The notes below the pieces were generated by a model, which saw only the letters and a list, made by a program, of their open reading frames with translations, ran no database searches and was not told where the DNA came from. A stretch of DNA of 64,000 bases. Source: Rhina ancylostomus (lineage: Eukaryota). The position numbers and the translations under genes are program-made. Numbering within the stretch: position 1 is the first letter of the stretch; each line of letters opens with the position of its first letter. Of the stretch, positions 1-13,260 are shown one piece after another. The stretch spans positions 36,939,321 to 37,003,320 of the forward strand of contig JARFYF010000053.1 in NCBI GenBank assembly GCA_030265395.1, given 5' to 3'.

Positions 1-59
1 ATTTAGGGCTTGCATTAGTTAAAGATAATGAAAAAAAAACATGCTCAGTTAATTTCAGT

Positions 60-1215
60 AAGTATAGGCAGCAACACCTCCGACACGATTATTCTCAACA
101 CTGGTGCCCACACTGGTGCTGTGTTCTCAACCCTACTCTGTTCCCTATACACTTATAAATGCATAGCGATATTCTGCTCTAACCACAACTACAAGCTGGC
201 AGATGTTGCCATCGTAGTGGGCCGTACCTCAAATAACGATGCCAGTATACAGGAAGGAGATAGAGAGCTTAGTGATTATGGTGCCATGACATCCTTTCCA
301 TCAATGTTAGCAAAATAAAAGAGCTGGTCGTTGACTTCAGGAAGGGGAGGGTGCATATACACCTGTCTACATCAAAGGTGCAGAGGTGGAGAGGGTTTAG
401 AGATTCAAGTTCCAAGGAGTGAACATCACCAGTAGCCTTTGCTGAACCAACCACGTCGACACCGTGGAAAACAAATCTCACTTGTGCTTTTGTTTCCTCA
501 GGAGGCTACAGGATTTGGGCGTGTCTCCCATAGCACTCAATAACTTTTATCGATGCACCGTATGAAGCATCTCGATGAAAAACAGTACGATGATGGAGGA
601 ACTCAGCAGGATACTGTCTGGCCTGATGAATTTCTCCAGCATCATGGTGTTTTACATCTGGATTCCTGCATCTGTAATCCTTTGTTGCTATAGAAAGCAT
701 TCTATCTGGATGTGTCATGGCTTGTATATCAACTGCACTGGACGGGAGCACAAGAAATTGCAGAGAGTTGTGGACACAGTTTAGCTCATTACGGAAACCA
801 TCCTCCCATCCATGGACTCTGTCTATATTTTTCGCTGCCTCGATAAAGCAACGAGCATAATCCAAGACCCCACCCAACTCGTACATTTATCATGCTGAAG
901 GTACAAAAGCCTGAAACCACATTTTATCAGGTTCAAGCCCAGCTCTGTCCCGCTGTTATTGGACTATTGAATGGCTCTGTAGCATGATAAGATGGGCTCT
1001 TGACCTCAAAATTTAGTTCCTTATGACCTTGCACTTTATGGTCTATTTGCACTGCACTTCCTCTGTAACTATGACACTTTGTTATGCATTCAGTATTGTT
1101 TTAACTTCTACTACCTCAATGCACTGTGTAATGAATTGTTCTGTAGGAACTGTATGCAAGACGCATTTTTCACTGTACCTCGGTACAAGTGACAATAATA
1201 AATCAATTCTAATTC
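60..1215 (+). mobile_element. Rex1/Babar-clade LINE, degenerate 3' portion (RT C-terminal part and 3' UTR)
   Basis: Translation ILNTGAHTGAVFSTLLCSLYT..SNHNYKLADVAIVVGRTSNND matches the Rex1 RT pattern (TGAPQGCVLSPLLxxLYT..KFADDTTVVG). KKLQRVVDT lies at ~755-780 and the element ends gtgacaataataaa. Frameshifts and stops are present. Confidence 0.8.
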
Positions 1216-2519
1216 CCTTGCAACACATGAATATTCATAGCACAATACAATATAGTATTTACCCCTAACTTCCTAGGACACCGGACAGGAGCAGTCACCA
1301 TTATTTGTCGAAAATGTTTGGGTGTGAGAAACCGCCTGAGGACTGGAAGGCTGCAAATGTTGGGCTGAAAGTAGAAGCAGAACGCACAAATAGAAAGCAC
1401 AAAAGTGAATGGGGTTGAAACATCCAAAGGACTATGATTCTGAGCAAGCGATATATATCACAGAATACAGCACAGGTATTATAAGGTTATAAACAAGGAT
1501 AAAATGAATAGTTGCGTATGCAGAACAGATAACGAGCAAATAATAATTAGACCCATAATGTTGGACAGTCAGAGACTTTTTTTTTCCGAGGACGACAATG
1601 GCTAACAAGTGGGGACAGAATTTTGAGTTGATTAGAGGAAAATATAAGGGGGATGTCACGAGTATTTTTGTAAATAGAGAGTGATCGTTGCGTCGTACCC
1701 ACTTCCAGCAGAGATTGGCAGCGAAGATACATTATGGACATTTAAGGGACTATTGGATAAACACATGAATGATTGAGAGTTCAGTTAAAGTAATCACGCA
1801 TTAGCAAATCCTCTACACGTTACTCCAACTGAAGACTCACAATTAATCCAAAATACGGAAGCAAAATAATTCTCCGTTTATATTGGTAAGGAAGGCCAAT
1901 ATACCGTTCGCCTTTTATATATGCTTACATTGAACATCGAGCAGTACAGCACAGGAAAAGGTCCTTCGATTTATAATGTTTTCCTGAACTAATTAAAATA
2001 GTAATTAAAAGCCTAACTAAACGAATTCCTTCTGCCCCTACAATGTTCATATCTATCCATTATCTGCATATTAATGTGCCTCACAAAGAGTATCTTAAAC
2101 GCTACTATGGTACTTGATTCCACTAGCACCCCTGGCAGTACATTGAAGGCTGCTAGCACTCTCCGTGAAAAAGAAAATTCCCCCGCATATCTCCTTTGAA
2201 CTACCTCCTTATCACCTTAAATGCATGCACTCTAATACAGGAGATTTCAAATCTGGGGGAAATCTGTTTTCTCTTCTAAAATCTAATGAACTAAATGTTA
2301 TGAGGATCTCAATCTTATGAATCTATCAGGTCTCCCCGCAGCCTGTCTCCTTCTCCTGAACTTTGCATTCATTTCCAACTTCTTCCCTCCTCTTATGTTC
2401 TGTATTATTTCCTCCAATCCTTCTTTCTTCCGCTCTCCCTCTCTCCCTTCTCTCTCCTTTTCTGCTACTCCGTGCACCTTTCAATTCTCGATGGTCCTTT
2501 GTCTTTGAGTATGAAAATG

Positions 2520-5400
2520 CTTTTGCTGAAACCCAATATGCGTCATCAAACATAATGCAGCGCGGGACCATGTCCTTCGGCCCACGATGACTGTACTGAT
2601 AAAGGCGAGAATTTAAACTAGTCCGATCTGCCTTCCCATGGTCCGCATCCGTTCATTCTCTGCCCATTCGTGTGTCTGTCTAAATGCTTCTTAAATGTTG
2701 CGATGTTACCTGCGTCCACAACCTCCCCTGTCCGTACAAGTCTTTCATACGTTCTCCTTCGCCTTAAATCTGTGCCGCCTAGTGTTTGATATTTCCACCG
2801 TGGGAAACATACTCCATCTGAACTATTTATCATTTTCGTAANNNNNNNNNNNACTTCTATCAGGTCGCCTAACCTCCTCCACTTCTCAAGGAAAAACAAG
2901 CCAAGTTTTCTCAACTCCCTAGAGCTAATACTTTCCAATTCAGGCAACATGCTGGTAAACCGTTTTCTGCATCCTCTCAAAAGCCTCCATATCTTTTCTC
3001 CAATGCGGCGATCATAACTGCACACGATCCCCCACTGTGGCCTAATCTAAATTTTATATGGCTGCTACGTGACTTGAAAACGTTTATGTTCAGAGCCCCC
3101 ATGTATGAAGTCATGCATGCATGCGTCTTTATTTTACTACCCTATCTACTTTGATTGCCACGTTAGTGAGATATGGACTTTCAACCCGAGATCCCTTTTT
3201 ACATTAATGTTTCTAAGGGCTTTGACGTTTACTGTATATTTTCCTCTTACAAAGCACCTTCTAAAGGGCAGCACCTTGTAATTCTCCCGGTTAAATTCCA
3301 TCTGCCGTTTTTCTGCCCACCGATCTATGCAGTATTTTGCTGTATCTTTTGGCAATCTTCACCAATATCAACAAATCAACAATGTTGTTGCCGTCTACAA
3401 ACCTACTAATCAGCCTTCGAACATTTTCATTATATGTGTCATAAATGGCAGAAGTCCGCTCCCTGCAGAACAGCATTGATCACAGACGATCATTCAGAAT
3501 AACACCCATCCACCACTGCCATCTGTATTCTTATGGCCAAGCTAATTTGGAATCCAGTCTACAAAAACAACACGACTCCCATGTGCCTTAATGCTTTGAA
3601 ACAGACAACCATGAAAGGTACCAGCTTTTGGAATGCTTTACTCCAGTCAATATACATAACATCAACAGCCCTATCCTCATCGATCGTCTTCGGCACATCC
3701 TCAGAAATATTCAATTATGTTGGAGGACATGAACTCTCCTGTGCAAATCCATTCTTACTATCATGAATAAGTCTATGCTGCTCCAGATGTGAATAGATCT
3801 TATCACTAAGGATCCCCTCCAATAATTTCCCTACCACTGATGTCAGGTTCACCAGCCTATAATTTCCAGAACTGTCGCTATTGTCTTACTTAAACAAAGG
3901 ACAAAAAAATGGCCTTTTTCCGTTCCTCTATCTCCTGCTGGCTATCTGGAGGTCTATATTAAAACTTCGTCATTGTGGTTGCACTTGCTGATTCCTCAGC
4001 TGCACCCACATTGGACTAGCCCTCCATGAAGTCATCGCTAAATGCAACTGTGACATTTCTTCTTCTTCATTAGTGCAACTCCGCCACCTATTTTACATCC
4101 CTCTCCATCGCGTCTGAAACATCTGAACACTGGAATTTGGAGTTCTCCCGATGTCACAATCATGTTTCTGTGTTGACAACAACATCGTAGCTCCGAGCAA
4201 GAATCCAATCTCTGTGTGTTTTTTGCAATACCTTATGCATTGAAATAAATACATTTTAGCATCATCTTGTTCATTAACCCGACCCTGCCTGTCCTTAATT
4301 TCAGCCTCGACCTAACCTTTACCTTTTCCTGCGCTGCTGACCGATTTCTCTGGTTTCTAAAGTCCTGCGCGCTAGTTTAAGCCCTCCCAATTTGCACTAA
4401 CAATCCTCCCTGCGAGAATATTCATACCAATCCAGATAATATGCAAGCTATCCTCCCTATACAGGTTCACCCCTGCCCTGCAAGAGAGCCCATAATCTAT
4501 GTACCTGCCCACTGTTATGTAGCAAGTCCTCACCATTTAACTGTACGATCTTCATATTTCTTGTCTCGCAAGCACAAACGAAAACAGTAATCCTAAGATA
4601 CAGTCTCAGATGCCGTGCCCTTTTTTTTTACCTCTTTACCGAGCTCACTGAAGCCCTTTTGTTTGGTCTCATGGCTACATCGGTAGCACTAATATGGACC
4701 ACGGACTCTGGCTGCTCACCGACCCTTTCAGAATGCCCTGTGCCTCCTCGGAAACATCCTTGACCCTGGCACCAGGGAGGCAACATTATTCTGGAGTTTA
4801 CTTCGCAGGTAGTTACTCAGACTAAGAAAACAACCGTCACAATTGCTCCCCTAATATTTAACATACCCTAATGTACAACAGAGTGAGCCGCGGTGCTACT
4901 GATCTGGCTACTGGCATTTTCTCCTGAGTGTCTATCCATCCAAAACTATCCAAGGCAACACATATGTTTGAGAAGGCGACAGCCAGCGGAGACCCCACAA
5001 TACACAGTCAGCCAGCAATCAGAATGAAACTTTGTTACTACCACATCAATGATACTCCAATCTAGAACACTCTCTGCCTCCTGTGTGCGCTTCACTGAAA
5101 ACAACTTCTGCTCGATATAATCCATGTATATGCAAAGGGATGTAATTGGACACAGCTCCTGCAGAGGCGGTCGTTAGGAACACTTGACTTCTCCTAGATC
5201 TTCCACGTTTCACAGTAGAAGCATATCGCTGCACTAAGTGTCATTACAGCCACTCTTTACAAACGAGTGGACGAAAAAGGAAACAAAAACGTTGCATTGC
5301 CTTAGCTCATTGCTGCTAGCACTCATCTCCAACACTCGCACTTTGAACGCACTGCCGCACTTTCGTCTCGAGCAGTCTTTCTCAAAATGGCAGCTCCCTT
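2520..5400 (-). mobile_element. CR1-type LINE, internally deleted and degenerate (ORF1 zinc finger/esterase remnant, endonuclease start, RT, 3' tail)
   Basis: Minus-strand fragments WAEKRQMEFN..YKVL, RFTSMLPELE..LGLFFLE..GDLIE and FKKHLDRH are CR1 RT and C-terminal motifs. ORF1-like sequence lies at ~4350-5250. Confidence 0.8.
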
Positions 5401-5948
5401 TTATTCTCTTAGGCCTCACGGTGCGAAAACAAATAGTCGTAACTGACAATTTGTTGCAAAGTTATCGCATTAACCTCACTCTGTTGGAAATACAAATCTC
5501 CAAAAACAGAACACTACTGTTTCCTCTCAAATCCCCTGATATGGCAGAGGAAGCAACTGAGTTGAGCCTAGTTATAGGGACAATTTTAACAAGAAAATCC
5601 CAAATGTTTCATACGGTGTCGTTTAAGACTCCCAATAAAGACATGGCAAAGGATTGACAGACCAATCAAAACGGAAATCTCCTCCGCATCTGAGGCCACG
5701 CTACAAATAGGAAGAAATAACCCGAGGACTAGTGAATCATGAACATGCCATAGTCATATCCACACTTGCCCACTAATGTTCGAGACTCCTCCGCCACGAT
5801 GCCTGGATTTGTTTTAACCAACCAGTAACAGGCTCACGAGTGGTCACAACATTGGGTTTGTGTAGTTAATGAAAAGAGAATAAGTGAGATTAAATAAATG
5901 TGGAGGGGTTTGGTTACGAATGTATATCAGTCTTAGATGTGTTCGATG

Positions 5949-6216
5949 TGTTAAATACCGGCAACAACAGAAACACACCGAGACATGTATAAGTGTTAAA
6001 AACTACTTTATTAATAACTACTTTTGATAAAAAGTAAAATAAAAGTAAAGATGTTAGAATGTTAGAATTAAAACTGTTAAACCCCAAACATTAACCCACA
6101 AAAACTAACTAAACTTNNNNNNNNNNNNNNNNNNNNNNNNNNNNNNNNNNNNNNNNNNNNNNNNNNNNNNNNNNNNNNNNNNNNNNNNNNNNNNNNNNNN
6201 NNNNNNNNNNNNNNNN

Positions 6217-6265
<49 letters not shown>

Positions 6266-6303
6266 TTAAAGGAACCTCACTAATTGTAACCTATTCCGTA
6301 ACA
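5949..6303 (-). mobile_element. Solo LTR (Gypsy-like) with internal (CA)n and a gap
   Basis: Termini TGTTA...TAACA are flanked on both sides by GATG (5945-5948 and 6304-6307), a 4-bp TSD. Strand is tentative. Confidence 0.7.
6217..6262. repeat. (CA)n microsatellite
   Basis: Perfect CA run directly after an N gap. Confidence 0.95.
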
Positions 6304-7019
6304 GATGTGTCATTTAACGTTAGCGTTGTTCCTCGGATAAGGAAAAATCATAATTTGCTGTGTATGGTATATAACAAGTCAGCGAATAATTAATTGTCAC
6401 AAATCCTTCAATCCCCATCGGCGTGCATTGGTTGCCACTGCATTTTTACACATTCGCTGTAACTTTATGCATTGTGCCTTCTTCTTCAATCCCATGTTTA
6501 ACAAACAATTCCATGTAGAAAGTCCTATGCATTTTTGTGAACTGTAATTAAAATATCAGCTGTAGATATTACTTCTATATTCTTGAGATGAGGCCACGTT
6601 CACAACTTACTGATTTCTTTGAAGATATTATTGTGATGTCCCTTTTTAAAGGGGAATTGCCACTTGCATTGTTAACGCTCATCGAATCATCTCAAAGTAA
6701 TTTTAATTAGGACATGACAAAAATAATGTAAAGATTCTGTTTTTGTAACTCTATCTCACGCTGTGGATCCTCCTGTCCACGAGATAGATATACTAATTTA
6801 GACTCCACACCTCAGATGATGAAGATCCAGTGGAATAGGCGTGGAATCGGCTTCGCATATTGGGTATCTCGACCATTGTCGGATGATCGTCATATGTTAT
6901 GCTTCCATCCTCTTTGGCCAACCTGTGCGTTTCGCATGCCCGGCATAAAAGTCAGTAAACCGACATTATATTCCATCATCATACCTATGTGTGCATTGTA
7001 ACAGTATATAATGAGGAGA

Positions 7020-8295
7020 GATAGAGCAGATAGTTATTTTCCCCATGATGGAGGAAATAAAAACAAGAGGGTGTATTTTTTTAAATCTGAGAACGATGAG
7101 TTTTAAATTGGATGTAAGGGATAACTTTTCTCTTTGCAGGAATGGATGCTTAGCCAGTGGACGTGGTAGAATCAGTTACAATCATTGTATTTAAGAGACA
7201 TTTAGTCAGACAATTAAATAAAGAAGGCATGTAAGAATACGTACCTCATGTGGGCAAATAGATGGGCACAAATTCAACATGGACGTAGTGGGCCAAAGCG
7301 CGGGGTTATGTGCTGTACAGCTCTATTGACATAGGCAAAGGTAAACACGTCGACAGGGGAAAATNNNNNNNNNNAGAACATAGAACAGTACGGCACAGTA
7401 CAGACTCTTCGGCACGGGATGCTGTGCCGACCTACAAAAACCTGCTCAACGAGCAACTTGACCCCTCCCTTCTGCACAGTCCATAACCCTCCATTTTTCT
7501 TGCATTCCTGTGCCGGTTCAAGAGACTCTAAAATGTCCCTATTGTATCAGTGTCTACCATCATCCCTGGCAGTGCATTCCAGGCACCCAACATTCTCTGT
7601 GCAAAAATACCTACCTCTGATATCTCCCCTCNNNNNNNNNNNNNNNNNNNNNNNNNNNNNNNNNNNNNNNNNNNNNNNNNNNNNNNNNNNNNNNNNNNNN
7701 NNNNNNNNNNNNNNNNNNNNNNNNNNNNNNNNNNNNNNNNNNNNNNNNNNNNNNNNNNNNNNNNNNNNNNNNNNNNNNNNNNNNNNNNNNNNNNNNNNNN
7801 NNNNNNNNNNNNNNNNNNNNNNNNNNNNNNNNNNNNNNNNNNNNNNNNNNNNNNNNNNNNNNNNNNNNNNNNNNNNNNNNNNNNNNNNNNNNNNNNNNNN
7901 NNNNNNNNNNNNNNNNNNNNNNNNNNNNNNNNNNNNNNNNNNNNNNNNNNNNNNNNNNNNNNNNNNNNNNNNNNNNNNNNNNNNNNNNNNNNNNNNNNNN
8001 NNNNNNNNNNNNNACCACCTTATCAAGTTGTGCGGCAACTTCGAGGGATCTATGGACTTGGAACACAAGATTGGTTGTCCCTCCACATTGCAAATAATTC
8101 TGCTATGGACCTTGTGCACTGCCTTCAGGGCCGATCTTCCAAAGTGTATTACTTCACACTTCTCCAGATTGAATGTCAATTCTCACTTCTTCGCTCAACA
8201 TTGCATCCTGTCTATACCCCGTTGTATACTAGGACAATCTTGCACACTATCCACAAAACCACCAATCTTCGTGTCACCTGCAAAATGCTAACCCA
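7020..8295. mobile_element. CR1 fragments (plus-strand 3' end ~7020-7330; minus-strand 3' end and RT piece ~7375-8295)
   Basis: Minus-strand TFNLEKCEVIHFGRS and RGDIRGRYF motifs. The tail begins agaacatagaacagtacggcacag. Confidence 0.7.
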
Positions 8296-8297
8296 CT

Positions 8298-8535
8298 GGC
8301 AATTTCATCCGATTATGGGCGGTGTTTACGGTCAATTCCATATGTAATCGAATGCGGTACGTGGAAATTTGTATTGCAATTCCACCATTCTATCTAAGAG
8401 ATGGGATTCATGCTCCAACTTCTCAGCTGCTACACAAATTCAGCTCTTTATGTATTGACCCATACTAAATTCAGGAAGGAACTGAAGAATATGATTAAAT
8501 ATCAGTGCAATCTAATAACAAACAGAATTCAGTGC
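8298..8535 (+). pseudogene. GPR139-like GPCR fragment (TM6-TM7 and C-terminus only)
   Basis: GNFIRLWAVFTV...EMGFMLQLLSCYTNSALYVLTHTKFRKELKNMIKY aligns with GNFILFWAPFTV...EIGFMFQMLSCCTNTALYTVTQTKF of the gene at 21205. The 5' part is replaced by CR1 sequence. Confidence 0.85.
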
Positions 8536-8979
8536 CGAAGGGAGTTCATGTATCCGCGGTGTTCAACGTACTGGCGCTCCTCTCAATCTTTTGGACCCTT
8601 CACTCACCCCACCCGAACCCCAGCCTCGCACTCACCTAGGTATTGTCAGAAAAGTCTGCTCAGTGATGATTCTTTGTGGCCTTAATGCCCTCCAGATAAA
8701 TGCAGCAATGTAATCCTAAATGATCGGAGGTATGGTCGCCTTTTTCAGTTATACCACACCGAAATATCCCTGAAGAACCTAACAATAATTCGGCATTTCA
8801 ACCTCACAAACTCAACCAAGTAGCAGTTCAATGATCAATCAGAGCAGAAAATGAAGTCCGGGAAAGAAAACACTGAAACGTAATGAAGCAATTCAGAAAC
8901 TTTTTCAAAGCAGTAAACCAGATTGGACATTTAAACAATTTAAAACATTCAGAACACCACCAACGTTCGAAATAATATA

Positions 8980-10230
8980 ACACTGAACATGCTTTAAGGA
9001 TTTGGTTACAATTCAGAAAATACTATGGTTTATTGAGATTTTCCTTGTCTAGTCACATTTTTGCTATTTTTTTCTTTAAACCTTCTATAACTGATATAGT
9101 TTTTAAAGAATGGGATAGATTGGGTATTACTCGTTTCCAGGATCTGTTTCCTGGAGGAAACTTCTGAACGTTTGAACAAATGGCGTCTAAGTATAATTTG
9201 CCAAAAAACTCACTTTTTTCGATATTTGCAAGTTAGATATTTTTTCCAGTCTCAGGTACCCACTTTCCTTATAATCCTGATAAGAACTTATTAGATACCA
9301 TTTTTAATTTGAAGCCTTTTTACGATGTTTCAATATCTAAGATTTATGTTAGATTATCAGGAATGAATAAGGTCTCTTTTAACAAAATTAAAAATGCTTG
9401 GGAACGCGATCTGCAGCTTTCAATTTCTGAGGAAACATGGAATCAAATTTTTAAACTAATTAATACTTCATCATTAAGTGCGCGTCACTCCCTCCGTGAA
9501 TTTAAAGTGGTCCATAGAGTCCACCTTTCCAACGACAAGTTATTGTGTTTCTATTCAGATATATCTCCATATTGTGACAAATGCAATAATGGAAAGGCCT
9601 CTTTAATCCATATGTTTTGGTCATGTCCGAGTTTGGATAAATTCTATATAGAAGTATTTCAAACTTTTTCCGTACCTTTTAAAATAAAATTTAAGCCAAA
9701 TCCTTTAACTGCATTATTTGGGATCGTTGGAGAAAAATATATAATTTTGGAGACATCCGACTTACACATATTGGCCTTCATTTCTCTTACAGCCAGGAGA
9801 GCTGTATTGCATAAATGGAAGGAAATTATTCCTCCCACTCATACTCAATGGTTATGGGATGTTATGTCATATTTAAATTTAGAGAAGATCCGTTGCTCTA
9901 TTTCTGGATTTATTTTGAACTTTCAAATATTATGGGGACCTTTTCTGAACTACTTTCAAAATCACTGATTTGGTGCTCACTGTACAGACATTGGCTAATA
10001 CTACTATGTTTTTATGATGTTATTAAACAGCGTTGGTTTTGGTAGTGAGGTTAGATTTTGTTTATAATAAAATTATTCCAACGTATTAATATCAATTGAT
10101 TTATTTTGCTTATCGATATGAAGCAATGTGATTTCTAATGTGATTCAGTATAATCTATTTTGTAATATTTTCCTCTCTTTCATGCATTTTGTACTTCTTA
10201 TTTGAAATTAATAAAAATATTGAAAGAAAT
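8980..10230 (+). mobile_element. L1/Tx1-type LINE 3' end (ORF2 C-terminal cysteine-rich zf-RVT region, ORF 9309-9968)
   Basis: AWERDLQ..W..FKVVHRVH..CDKC..ASLIHMFWSCPSL..ARRAVL.KWK..W..F is the L1 ORF2 C-terminal signature. It is followed by an AT-rich UTR, AATAAA at ~10210 and an A-rich tail. Confidence 0.85.
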
Positions 10231-10599
10231 AACATAACACACAAACACAAGAAAAATTGATAACTGTCACTCCCCAGCCATTAAGCAGGCCAAACAAACA
10301 CTGCAGATGGCAGAACTCTTTACAGTATAATTCAGAGTGTTATAGTAATAAAGCAGTAGAAATTAACAGTGCATACAGGTTCATTAAATAAAACACAATA
10401 TCATCTTCGTATCCTGGAACCAAATGTTTCTTCAATGATTAACGCATTAATATCCGCCTAAAATAGTAGGAAAGGACAAAAAATAAAAGATAATACTTAG
10501 GAAAATAATTCACTTGAAACATTCGGTGTCCACCACGTCCGGTCAAGTAACCTCCCCAAAAATTGCAATTCTTCAGATTTATTAACGACGTTGAAAGTA

Positions 10600-13260
10600 G
10601 TATGTCATTGCACCGGACAAGGTGCAGTTGGGATTCACCGGAATGTTTTCAGTGATGAAGTGTTTCAGTTGAGAGGAGATAACTTAATAGCATGGGTTTG
10701 TTTTATCTGCAGAGGAGCAGGATGAGTGGGAGCTGATTGAGGAATTTGAAATTATGAGGGGCACTGAGAGGGTCGATTACAGGAAAACGTCTTTATTGCT
10801 GGGTGATGTAAAACCAGAAGACATAGCTTTGGGAAAGGGGCAAAGTGTTTTGAGGAGACATCAGGAAGAACTTCTTTCACACAGAGTTCTGGCATCTAGA
10901 ATGCCCTGTCTGAATACGTGCTGGAGGCAGGGATTCACAAAACACTTGAGAAGTCTCTGGATGAGCACATGAAAGACCAAGGCACAGAAAGAGCCGGGCA
11001 AAGTGCTGGTAACACGAATAAGTATCTTTAGGTACCAAGTGGTCAGATCGGTATGGGCATGGTAGCCGAAAATGTATTTATGTTCTTTATGAATCTGTGA
11101 CTCCATGATTCCAATAAAAAGTGATTTTCACATAATTGTTAAAATTATACTGAACTAATTGATGGGCATAACATTGTATATTTTTTAATTATCGGGCATT
11201 ATTTCTACTTACTAGCACTTAACACATCGCCTTCTATATATTGGCCATTGAAGCGTTCTTCTGAAAACCTACTTCCATATATGGGTTCTTTGCAAATTAA
11301 AGAGTCTCAATTTTCTTAAAATTCCAAATAAGCTGCGAAAAGAAAATGTCTGTAACTTGCCACTGCAGGCTAAATGACGAAAATGGAATAATTGATCTAT
11401 TGATTGCAGTTTCCTAAAAGTCATTGGAATTCAGGCATTATGGAAGGATTGGAAAATCAATAATATTTTCAATAGAAGAGTGAGAGGCAGAATGTGGCAA
11501 CTACTGGCCAATTAATCTGACGCCTGCGTTGAAAAATGTTGAACTCATTTTTCATTTAGTCAGCAGAACATTCCAACAGTCATAAACTGATCAAAAAAAG
11601 TCACACTGTTCATCCTTTTTTGAATGATTTCCCTCAAGAGAAAGCCTCGGATTAGGCGGGACAATCAAAAAATAACGGTAATTAAGAATAACATGAAGAT
11701 AACTTTACATTTCTTCTCAAACGTGTGAATCATTGCCTTTTATTCTTAAGAATTTGTGCAGTCCTCTTGTACCCATGTATAGTAATTACATTTGCAAGCG
11801 CTTGGTCTATGGAATTCTGTGCCTTGGTGATCCAAGTGCTGGTCGAGATAGTTCTTATATGTTGTTTGAGTACCTGTCTCCAGTACATCAGTACCTTTCA
11901 GATTCCAAATTCTCTCTTGGTGTTAAAACAGATCGGCTCTAAACATCTTATTCCTTTCTCCAAACCTAAGTAACAGGAAGCAAGGTATACTGATGGCCAC
12001 TGGCTTCCAATCACAAAAGATATCCTTCATAGTATCTTCATAGGATATTTATTGGATCTAAACTTTTAGACCAACCTTCCACATATACCCTTGTCAAGCT
12101 GCATCCTGAATTTCGTGTAAACCACATCGACCACATATTCCTGATCAACAATATTTGTTAGTCTCTTCCAAACATTCAGTCAAACATGATATACAGCTTG
12201 CAAAAATAAATGCTGACCATGTCTGATCAAACCTTGTATTTCTAAGCGTAGATTAACCGTTGCCCTCCGATAGTTTTGCAAGTAATTGCCCTCGCACCGA
12301 CGTATAACCAACTGACACAAATTCCTATTACAAAATGCTGCCACTTTGCAATAAAAGCATTTCAGGATAGTCAGCACGTCCTCTTGCTTGTGAAATCATG
12401 TTTCAGAAATCCGATAGAGGTTTTCGAAGAGGTAACCAATTGGGTTAATGAGGACAAGGCAGAGGACGCTGTCATTATGGATTTTCGAAAGACCTTGGGA
12501 AAGGTACCACTTGGAAGATTGGAAGAATGGATCGCATGCGATCCATAGAGAGTGAATATATACTTGGATTGATACTTGGAAGCTGATGACGACTGTGAAA
12601 GAATGTATTTTAGATTGGATGCTTGTGACTATTGGTGTTCCTCTTGGATCGGTGCTGGACCCATCTTTCTTCCTTATTTAAATATACTACTTTAATGAGA
12701 ATGCACAAGGCGTGATTAGTAAATACGCAGAATCGACTAAACTAGCTGCAGTGAATAAGGTTATCAAAACTAGCAATGGGATCATGATTGGCTAAGTAAG
12801 TGGGCAAAGGAATGACATATTACGTTCAATTCAGTTAAGTAGTAGGCGTTGCATTTCCTGAAGTCAAACTAGGGTAGGTCGAGCCCTGGGGAGAGTTAGA
12901 ACACATAGGGGCCTAAGAGTACAAGCACATAGTTCTCTGAAAGTCGTGTCATATGTAGACAGGTTGGTGAAGAATTCGTTTGGCACGCTGACCTTCATCA
13001 ATCAGGGTACGGAGAATAGGAATCGGGACGTTATGCTGCAGTTGTATAAGACGTTGGCGAGGTTGCACCTGCAGCACTATGTGCAGTTTTAGTTACCATG
13101 TTAGAGGAAAGAGAATAAAAACAAAATTCAAAGAAAATTTACTAGAATGTTACCAGGAATGGAGGACCTGGGTTATCGGGACACGTTGAGCAGTTTTGGA
13201 ATTACTTGGAGAGCAGGAGACAGAGATGTGATCTCATTGATGAGGTGAATGCACATAAAA
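10600..13260. mobile_element. Cluster of degenerate CR1 fragments in both orientations
   Basis: Plus strand KSCFRNPIEVFEEVT..DAVIMDFRKTLGKVP (12276-12548) and further RT sequence run to ~13250. A minus-strand piece, LIRHGQH, lies at ~12200. Confidence 0.7.

Noticed and set aside
6816-7001. ORF as exon 1 of the 8.3 kb GPCR fragment
   Set aside because: Only vague similarity (TLYSIIIP), and it lacks the family's P-G|gt donor.
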